DNA of 64,000 bases from Paragordius varius. Its lineage: Eukaryota > Animalia > Nematomorpha. Positions 1-10,513 of this stretch are shown in pieces. Location: positions 248,001-312,000 of the forward strand of contig OZ176051.1 of NCBI GenBank assembly GCA_964247055.1, in the 5' to 3' direction. Below the pieces are notes generated by a model. That model had not been told where the DNA came from. It searched no databases and saw only the letters and a list, made by a program, of their open reading frames with translations. How positions within the stretch are numbered: position 1 is the first letter of the stretch; every line of letters starts with the position of its first letter. Made by a program: the position numbers and the translations under genes.

Positions 1-108
1 AAATTTGATCAGGTGATGTCGCCATAATTTTTTTTGGGTAGCCCTATAGTAGTTCCATCATCACCCCCAAATATTTTGGAGGATCGGACTATAAATGTAA
101 TTTTTATG

Positions 109-132
109 AATTTTTTAAATATTTAAAAAATT
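109..132. repeat. Perfect 24-bp palindrome AATTTTTTAAATATTTAAAAAATT (example copy; present in most monomers)
   Basis: The sequence equals its own reverse complement. Confidence 0.97.
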
Positions 133-160
133 TATTTTATACGATTTTAAAAATAAAAAT

Positions 161-218
161 GGCTACCTAAAATCCAAATTTGATCAGGTGATGTCACCAT
201 AATTTTTTTTGGGTAGCC
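161..218. repeat. 12-bp inverted repeat GGCTACCTAAAA / TTTTGGGTAGCC (11 Watson-Crick pairs plus 1 G-T), 34-bp spacer; example copy
   Basis: 161-172 pairs with 207-218; recurs in each monomer. Confidence 0.9.
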
Positions 219-348
219 CTATGGTAGTTCCATCATCACCCCAAATATTTTCGAGATCGGAGTATAAATGTAATTTTTATGAATTTTTTAAATATTTAAA
301 AAATTTATTTTATACGATTTTAAAAATAAAAATGGCTACCTAAAATCC
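176..348 (+). repeat. Representative consensus-type monomer (173 bp, 45 G+C = 26%)
   Basis: Counted directly; carries TGATCA (BclI) once, GATC twice, AATATT twice and TTTAAA three times. Confidence 0.97.
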
Positions 349-2075
349 AAATTTGATCAGGTGATGTCGCCATAATTTTTTTTGGGTAGCCCTATAGTAG
401 TTCCATCATCACCCCAAATATTTTGGAGGATCGGACTATAAATGTAATTTTTATGAATTTTTTAAATATTTAAAAAATTTATTTTATACGATTTTAAAAA
501 TAAAAATGGCTACCTAAAATCCAAATTTGATCAGGTGATGTCACCATAATTTTTTTTGCGTAGCCCTATGGTAGTTCCATCATCACCCCAAATATTTTGG
601 GGATCGGACTATAAATGTAATTTTTATGAATTTTTTAAATATTTAAAAAATTTATTTTATACGATTTTAAAAATAAAAATGGCTACCTAAAATCCAAATT
701 TGATCAGGTGATGTCGCCATAATTTTTTTTGGGTAGCCCTATGGTAGTTCCATCATCACCCCAAATATTTTGGGGATCGGACTATAAATGTAATTTTTAT
801 GAATTTTTTAAATATTTAAAAAATTTATTTTATACGATTTTAAAAATAAAAATGGCTAATTAAAATCCAAATTTGATCAGGTGATGTCGCCATAATTTTT
901 TTTGGGTAGCCCTATGGTAGTTCCATCATCACCCCAAATATTTTCGAGATCGGAGTATAAATGTAATTTTTATGAATTTTTTAAATATTTAAAAAATTTA
1001 TTTTATACGATTTTAAAAATAAAAATGGCTACCTAAAATCCAAATTTGATCAGGTGATGTCGCCATAATTTTTTTTGGGTTATAGTAGTTCCATCATCAC
1101 CCCAAATATTTTGGAGGATCGGACTATAAATGTAATTTTTATGAATTTTTTAAATATTTTAAAAATTTATTTTATACGATTTTAAAAATAAAAATGGCTA
1201 CCTAAAATCCAAATTTGATCATGTGATGTCACCATAATTTTTTTTGGGTAGCCCTATGGTAGTTCCATCATCACCCCAAATATTTTCGAGATCGGAGTAT
1301 AAATGTAATTTTTATGAATTTTTTAAATATTTAAAAAATTTATTTTATACGATTTTAAAAATAAAAATGGCTACCTAAAATCCAAATTTGATCAGGTGAT
1401 GTCGCCATAATTTTTTTTGGGTAGCCCTATAGTAGTTCCATCATCACCCCAAATATTTTTAAGATCGGAGTATAAATGTAATTTTTATGAATTTTTTAAA
1501 TATTTAAAAAATTTATTTTATACGATTTTAAAAATAAAAATGGCTACCTAAAATCCAAATTTGATCAGGTGATGTCGCCATAATTTTTTTTGGGTAGCCC
1601 TATAGTAGTTCCATCATCACCCCAAATATTTTTAAGATCGGAGTATAAATGTAATTTTTATGAATTTTTTAAATATTTAAAAAATTTATTTTATACGATT
1701 TTTAAAATAAAAATGGCTACCTAAAATCCAAATTTGATCAGGTGATGTCACCATAATTTTTTTTGGGTAGCCCTATAGTAGTTCCATCATCACCCCAAAT
1801 ATTGTCGAGATCGGAGTATAAATGTAATTTTTTTGAATTTTTTAAATATTTAAAAAATTTATTTTATACGATTTTAAAAATAAAAATGGCTACCTAAAAT
1901 CCAAATTTGATCAGGTGATGTCGCCATAATTTTTTTCCGTAGCCCTATGGTAGTTCCATCATCACCCCAAATATTTTGGAGGATCGGACTATAAATGTAA
2001 TTTTTATGAATTTTTTAAATATTTAAAAAATTTATTTTATACGATTTTAAAAATAAAAATGGCTACCTAAAATCC

Positions 2076-3500
2076 AAATTTGATCAGGTGATGTCGCCAA
2101 ATTTTTTTTGGGTAGCCCTATAGTAGTTCCATCATCACCCCAAATATTTTCGAGATCGGAGTATAAATGTAATTTTTATGAATTTTTTAAATATTTAAAA
2201 AATTTATTTTATACGATTTTAAAAATAAAAATGGCTACCTAAAATCCAAATTTGATCAGGTGATGTCACCATAATTTATTTGGGTAGCCCTATGGTAGTT
2301 CCATCATCACCCCAAATATTTTCGAGATCGGAGTATAAATGTAATTTTTATGAATTTTTTAAATATTTAAAAAATTTATTTTATACGATTTTATATATAA
2401 AAATGGCTACCTAAAATCCAAATTTGATCAGGTGATGTGGCCATAATTTTTTTTGGGTAGCCCCATAGTAGTTCCATCATCACCCCAAATCTTTTGGAGG
2501 ATCGGACTATAAATGTAATTTTTATGAATTTTTTAAATATTTAAAAAATTTATTTTATACGATTTTAAAAATAAAAATGGCTACCTAAAATCCAAATTTA
2601 ATCAGGTGATGTCACCATAATTTTTTTTTGGGTAGCCCTATGGTATTTCCATCATCACCTCAAATATTTTGGGGATCGGACTATAAATGTAATTTTTATG
2701 AATTTTTTAAATATTTAAAAAATTTATTTTATACGATTTTAATAATAAAAATGGCTACCTAAAATCCAAATTTGATCAGGTGATGTCACCATAATTTTTT
2801 TTGGGTAGCCCTATGGTAGTTCCATCATCACCCCAAATATTTTGGAGGATCGGACTATAAATGTAATTTTTATGAATTTTTTAAATATTTAAAAAATTTA
2901 TTTTATACGATTTTAAAAATAAAAATGGCTACCTAAAATCCAAATTTGATCAGGTGATGTCGCCAAATTTTTTTTGGGTAGCCCTATAGTAGTTCCATCA
3001 TCACCCCAAATATTTTCGAGATCGGAGTATAAATGTAATTTTTATGAATTTTTTAAATATTTAAAAAATTTATTTTATACGATTTTAAAAATAAAAATGG
3101 CTACCTAAAATCCAAATTTGATCAGGTGATATCACCATAATTTATTTGGGTAGCCCTATGGTAGTTCCATCATCACCCCAAATATTTTCGAGATCGGAGT
3201 ATAAATGTAATTTTTATGAATTTTTTAAATATTTAAAAAATTTATTTTATACGATTTTATATATAAAAATGGCTACCTAAAATCCAAATTTGATCAGGTG
3301 ATGTGGCCATAATTTTTTTTGGGTAGCCCCATAGTAGTTCCATCATCACCCCAAATATTTTGGAGGATCGGACTATAAATGTAATTTTTATGAATTTTTT
3401 AAATATTTAAAAAATTTATTTTCTACGATTTTAAAAATAAAAATGGCTACCTAAAATCCAAATTTAATCAGGTGATGTCACCATAATTTTTTTTTGGGTA
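2076..3500 (+). repeat. Local duplication with 5-monomer period (866 bp)
   Basis: Ordered rare variants GCCAAATTT, ATTTATTTGGG with TTTATATATAA, GTGGCC with CCCATAG, and TTTAATCAGG with T9 occur from 2076 and again from 2942. Confidence 0.85.
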
Positions 3501-4654
3501 CCCTATGTAGTTCCATCATCACCCCAAATATTTTCGAGATCGGAGTATAAATGTAATTTTTATGAATTTTTTAAATATTTAAAAAATTTATTTTATACGA
3601 TTTTAAAAATAAAAATGGCTACCTAAAATCCAAATTTGATCAGGTGATGTCGCCATAATTTTTTTTGGGTTATAGTAGTTCCATCATCACCCCAAATATT
3701 TTGGAGGATCGGACTATAAATGTAATTTTTATGAATTTTTTAAATATTTTAAAAATTTATTTTATACGATTTTAAAAATAAAAATGGCTACCTAAAATCC
3801 AAATTTGATCAGGTGATGTCACCATAATTTTTTTTGGGTAGCCCTATAGTAGTTCCATCATCACCCCAAATATTTTCGAGATCGGAGTATAAATGTAATT
3901 TTTATGAATTTTTGAAATATTTAGAAAAATTTATTTTATACGATTTTAAAAATAAAAATGGCAAAATCCAAATTTGATCAGGTGATGTCGCCAAAATTTT
4001 TTTTCCGTAGCCCTATGGTAGTTCCATCATCACCCCAAATATTTTGGGGATCGGACTATAAATGTAATTTTTATGAATTTTTTAAAAAAAATTTATTTTA
4101 TACGATTTTAAAATAAAAATGGCTACCTAAAATCCAAATTTGATCAGGTGATGTCGCCATAATTTTTTTTGGGTAGCCCTATGGTAGTTCCATCATCACC
4201 CCAAATATTGTCGAGATCGGAGTATAAATGTAATTTTTTAGAATTTTTTAAATATTTCAAAAATTTATTTTATACGATTTTAAAAATAAAAATGGCTACC
4301 TAAAATCCAAATTTGATCAGGTGATGTCACCATAATTTTTTTTGGGTAGCCCTATGGTAGTTCCATCATCACCCCAAATATTTTCGAGATCGGAGTATAA
4401 ATGTAATTTTTATGAATTTTTTAAATATTTAAAAAATTTATTTTATACGATTTTAAAAATAAAAATGGCTACCTAAAATCCAAATTTGATCAGGTGATGT
4501 CACCATAATTTTTTTTGGGTAGCCCTATGGTAGTTCCATCATCACCCCAAATATTGTCGAGATCGGAGTATAAATGTAATTTTTTTGAATTTTTTAAATA
4601 TTTAAAAAAATTTTTTTATACGATTTTAAAAATAAAAATGGCTACCTAAAATCC

Positions 4655-7600
4655 AAATTTGATCAGGTGATGTCGCCATAATTTTTTTTGGGTAGCCCTA
4701 TGGTAGTTTCATCATCACCCCAAATATTTTGGGGATCGGACTATAAATGTAATTTTTATGAATTTTTTAAATATTTAAAAAATTTATTTTATACGATTTT
4801 AAAAATAAAAATGGCTACCTAAAATCCAAATTTGATCAGGTGATGTCACCATAATTTTTTTTGGGTAGCCCTATGGTAGTTCCATCATCACCCCAAATAT
4901 TTTCGAGATCGGAGTATAAATGTAATTTTTATGAATTTTTTTAAATATTTAAAAAATTATTTTATACGATTTTAAAAATAAAAATGGCTACCTAAAATCC
5001 AAATTTGATCAGGTGATGTCACCATAATTTTTTTTGGGTAGCCCTATGGTAGTTCCATCATCACCCCAAATATTGTCGAGATCCGAGTATAAATGTAATT
5101 TTTTTGAATTTTTTAAATATTTAAAAAATTTATTTTATACGATTTTAAAAATAAAAATGGCTACCTAAAATCCAAATTTGATCAAATGATGTCACCATAA
5201 TTTTTTTTGGGTAGCCCTATGGTAGTTCCATCATCACCCCAAATATTTTCGAGATCGGAGTATAAATGTAATTTTTATGAATTTTTTAAATATTTAAAAA
5301 ATTTATTTTATACGATTTTAAAAATAAAAATGCTAAAATCCAAATTTGATCAGGTGATGTCACCATAATTTTTTTTGGGTAGCCCTATGGTAGTTCCATC
5401 ATCACCCCAAATATTGTCGAGATCGGAGTATAAATGTAATTTTTTTGAATTTTTTAAATATTTAAAAAATTTATTTTATACGATTTTAAAAATAAAAATG
5501 GCTACCTAAAATCCAAATTTGATCAGGTGATGTCGCCATAATTTTTTTGCGTAGCCCTATGGTAGTTTCATCATCACCCCAAATATTTTGGGGATCGGAC
5601 TATAAATGTAATTTTTATGAATTTTTTAAATATTTAAAAAATTTATTTTATACGATTTTAAAAATAAAAATGGCTACCTAAAATCCAAATTTGATCAGGT
5701 GATGTCACCATAATTTTTTTTGGGTAGCCCTATGGTAGTTCCATCACCCCAAATATTGTCGAGATCGGAGTATAAATGTAATTTTTTTGAATTTTTTAAA
5801 TATTTAAAAAATTTATTTTATACGATTTTAAAAATAAAAATGGCTACCTAAAATCCAAATTTGATCAGGTGATGTCACCATAATTTTTTTTGGGTAGCCC
5901 TATGGTAGTTCCATCATCACCCCAAATATTGTCGAGATCGGAGTATAAATGTAATTTTTTTGAATTTTTTAAATATTTTAAAAATTTATTTTATACGATT
6001 TTAAAAATAAAAATGGCTACCTAAAATCCAAATTTGATCAGGTGATGTCACCATAATTTTTTTTGGGTAGCCCTATGGTAGTTCCATCATCACCCCAAAT
6101 ATTGTCGAGATCGGAGTATAAATGTAATTTTTTTGAATTTTTTAAATATTTTAAAAATTTATTTTATACGATTTTAAAAATAAAAATGGTTACCTAAAAT
6201 CCAAATTTGATCAGGTGATGTCGCCATAATTTTTTTTGCGTAGCCCTATGGTAGTTTCATCATCACCCAAAATATTTTGGGGATCGGACTATAAATGTAA
6301 TTTTTATGAATTTTTTAAATATTTAAAATATTTATTTTATACGATTTTAAAAATAAAAATGGCTACCTAAAATCCAAATTTGATCAGGTGATGTCACCAT
6401 ATTTTTTTTTGGGTAGCCCTATGGTAGTTCCATCACCCCAAATATTGTCGAGATCGGAGTATAAATGTAATTTTTTTGAATTTTTTAAATATTTAAAAAA
6501 TTTATTTTATACGATTTTAAAAATAAAAATGGCTACCTAAAATCCAAATTTGATCAGGTGATGTCACCATAATTTTTTTTGGGTAGCCCTATGGTAGTTC
6601 CATCATCACCCCAAATATTGTCGAGATCGGAGTATAAATGTAATTTTTTTGAATTTTTTAAATATTTTAAAAATTTATTTTATACGATTTTAAAAATAAA
6701 AATGGTTACCTAAAATCCAAATTTGATCAGGTGATGTCGCCATAATTTTTTTTGCGTAGCCCTATGGTAGTTTCATCATCACCCAAAATATTTTGGGGAT
6801 CGGACTATAAATGTAATTTTTATGAATTTTTTAAATATTTAAAAAATTTATTTTATACGATTTTAAAAATAAAAATGGCTACCTAAAATCCAAATTTGAT
6901 CAGGTGATGTCACCATAATTTTTTTTGGGTAGCCCTATGGTAGTTCCATCATCACCCCAAATATTTTCGAGATCGGAGTATAAATGTAATTTTTATGAAT
7001 TTTTTAAATAAAATTTATTTTATACGATTTTAAAAATAAAAATGGCTACCTAAAATCCAAATTTGATCAGGTGATGTCGCCATAATTTTTTTTGGGTAGC
7101 CCTATGGTAGTTCCATCATAACCCCAAATATTTTTGAGATCGGACTTAAAATGTAATTTTTATGAATTTTTTAAATATTTAAAAAATTTATTTTATACGA
7201 TTTTAAAAATAAAAATGGCTACCTAAAATCCAAATTTGATCAGGTGATGTCGCCATAATTTTTTTTGGGTAGCCCTATGGTAGTTCCATCATCACCCCAA
7301 ATATTGTCGAGATCGGAGTATAAATGTAATTTTTTTGAATTTTTTAAATATTTAAAAAATTTATTTTATACGATTTTAAAAATAAAAATGGCTACCTAAA
7401 ATCCAAATTTGATCAGGTGATGTCACCATAATTTTTTTTGGGTAGCCCTATGGTAGTTCCATCATCACCCCAAATATTTTCGAGATCGGAGTATAAATGT
7501 TATTTTTATAAATTTTTTAAATATTTAAAAAATTTATTTTATACGATTTTAAAAATAAAAATGGCTACCTAAAATCCAAATTTGATCAGGTGATGTCACC

Positions 7601-10513
7601 ATAATTTTTTTTGGGTAGCCCTATGGTAGTTCCATCATCACCCCAAATATTGTCGAGATCGGAGTATAAATGTAATTTTTTTGAATTTTTTAAATATTTA
7701 AAAAATTTATTTTATACGATTTTAAAAATAAAAATGGCTGCCTAAAATCCAAATTTGATCAGGTGATGTCGCCATAATTTTTTTTTGCGTAGCCCTATGG
7801 TAGTTTCATCATCACCCCAAATATTTTGGGGTTCGGACTATAAATGTAATTTTTATGAATTTTTTAAATATTTAAAAAATTTATTTTATACGATTTTAAA
7901 AATAAAAATGGCTACCTAAAATCCAAATTTGATCAGGTGATGTCACCATATTTTTTTTTGGGTAGCCCTATGGTAGTTCCATCATCACCCCAAATATTGT
8001 CGAGATCGGAGTATAAATGTAATTTTTTTGAATTTTTTAAATATTTAAAAAATTTATTTTATACGATTTTAAAAATAAAAATGGCTACCTAAAATCCAAA
8101 TTTGATCAGGTGATGTGGCCATAATTTTTTTTTGTTAGCCCTATGGTAGTTCCATCATCACCCCAAATATTTTCGAGATCGGAGTATAAATGTAATTTTT
8201 ATGAATTTTTTAAATATTTAAAAAATTTATTTTATACGATTTTAAAAATAAAAATGGCTACCTAAAATCTAAATTTGATCAGGTGATGTCGCCATAATTT
8301 TTTTTGGGTAGCCCTATAGTAGTTCCATCATCACCCCAAATATTTTTGAGATCGGAGTATAAATGTAATTAATATGAATTTTTTATATATTTAAAAAATT
8401 TATTTTATACGGTTTTAAAAATAAAAATGGCTACCTAAAATCCAAATTTGATCAGGTGATGTCACCATAATTTTTTTGGGTAGCCCTATGGTAGTTCCAT
8501 CATCACCCCAAATATTGTCGAGATCGGAGTATAAATGTAATTTTTATGAATTTTTTAAATATTTGTATTTTATACGATTTTAAAAATAAAAATGGCTACC
8601 TAAAATCCAAATTTGATCAGGTGATGTCACCATAATTTTTTTTGGGTAGCCCTATGGTAGTTCCATCATCACCCCAAATATTTTCGAGATCGGAGTATAA
8701 ATGTTATTTTTATGAATTTTTTAAATATTTAAAAAATTTATTTTATACGATTTTAAAAATAAAAATGGCTACCTAAAATCCAAATTTGATCAGGTGATGT
8801 CACCATAATTTTTTTTGGGTAGCCCTATGGTAGTTCCATCATCACCCCAAATATTTTCGAGATCGGAGTATAAATGTAATTTTTATGAATTTTTTTAAAT
8901 ATTTAAAAAATTTATTTTATACGATTTTAAAAATAAAAATGGCTACCTAAAATCCAAATTTGATCAGGTGATGTCACCATAATTTTTTTTGGGTAGCCCT
9001 ATGGTAGTTCCATCATCACCCCAAATATTTTCGAGATCGGAGTATAAATGTAATTTTTATGAATTTTTTTAAATATTTAAAAAATTTATTTTATACGATT
9101 TTAAAAATAAAAATGGCTACCTAAAATCCAAATTTGATCAGGTGATGTCGCCATAATTTTTTTTGGGTAGCCCTATGGTAGTTCCATCATCACCCCAAAT
9201 ATTGTCGAGATCGGAGTATAAATGTAATTTTTTTGAATTTTTTAAATATTTAAAAAATTTATTTTATACGATTTTAAAAATAAAAATGGCTACCTAAAAT
9301 CCAAATTTGATCAGGTGATGTCACCATAATTTTTTTTGGGTAGCCCTATGGTAGTTCCATCATCACCCCAAATATTTTCGAGATCGGAGTATAAATGTAA
9401 TTTTTTTGAATTTTTTAAATATTTAAAAAATTTATTTTATACGATTTTAAAAATAAAAATGGCTACCTAAAATCCAAATTTGATCAGGTGATGTCACCAT
9501 AATTTTTTTGCGTAGCCCTATGGTAGTTTCATCATCACCCCAAATATTTTGGGGATCGGACTATAAATGTAATTTTTATGAATTTTTTAAATATTTAAAA
9601 AATTTATTTTATACGATTTTAAAAATAAAAATGGCTACCTAAAATCCAAATTTGATCAGGTGATGTCACCATAATTTTTTTTGGGTAGCCCTATGGTAGT
9701 TCCATCATCACCCCAAATATTTTCGAGATCGGAGTATAAATGTAATTTTTATGAATTTTTTTAAATATTTAAAAAATTTATTTTATACGATTTTAAAAAT
9801 AAAAATGGCTACCTAAAATCCAAATTTGATCAGGTGATGTCACCATAATTTTTTTTGGGTAGCCCTATGGTAGTTCCATCATCACCGCAAATATTGTCGA
9901 GATCCGAGTATAAATGTAATTTTTTTGAATTTTTTAAATATTTAAAAAATTTATTTTATACGATTTTAAAAATAAAAATGGCTACCTAAAATCCAAATTT
10001 GATCAAATGATGTCACCATAATTTTTTTTGGGTAGCCCTATGGTAGTTCCATCATCACCCCAAATATTTTCGAGATCGGAGTATAAATGTAATTTTTATG
10101 AATTTTTTAAATATTTAAAAAATTTATTTTATACGATTTTAAAAATAAAAATGGCTACCTAAAATCCAAATTTGATCAGGTGATGTCACCATAATTTTTT
10201 TTGGGTAGCCCTATGGTAGTTCCATCATCACCCCAAATATTGTCGAGATCGGAGTATAAATGTAATTTTTTTGAATTTTTTAAATATTTAAAAAATTTAT
10301 TTTATACGATTTTAAAAATAAAAATGGCTACCTAAAATCCAAATTTGATCAGGTGATGTCGCCATAATTTTTTTTGCGTAGCCCTATGGTAGTTTCATCA
10401 TCACCCCAAATATTTTGGGGATCGGACTATAAATGTAATTTTTATGAATTTTTTAAATATTTAAAAAATTTATTTTATACGATTTTAAAAATAAAAATGG
10501 CTACCTAAAATCT
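4655..10513 (+). repeat. Dispersed duplication of ~6 monomers (4655-5686 and 9476-10513), offset ~4.82 kb
   Basis: Private variants GATCCGAG (5080/9901) and TCAAATGATG (~5183/~10004) appear in the same order with matching neighbours. Confidence 0.8.

Noticed and set aside
201-210. T6-T9 tract length variation as sequencing error
   Set aside because: Tract lengths track with haplotypes and recur in HOR copies (T7 with GTCACTAT, T9 in each 8-mer unit), so most are probably real; isolated cases remain uncertain.
247-262. CENP-B-box-like TTCGAGATCGG
   Set aside because: The box needs TTCG, seven bases, then CGGG; here the spacing is four bases and CGGG is absent.
260-335. TATA-box, polyadenylation (AATAAA) or ARS/CDEII-like signals in the AT block
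   Set aside because: Such motifs are expected by chance at 94% AT; the ARS consensus does not match, and there is no gene context.
241-348. Monomer derived from an ancient internal duplication (CCAAAT..TTT..GATC.GG twice; TTTTAT..ATTTT..AAA twice)
   Set aside because: The similarity is short and low in complexity, and cannot be separated from chance without a statistical self-alignment.
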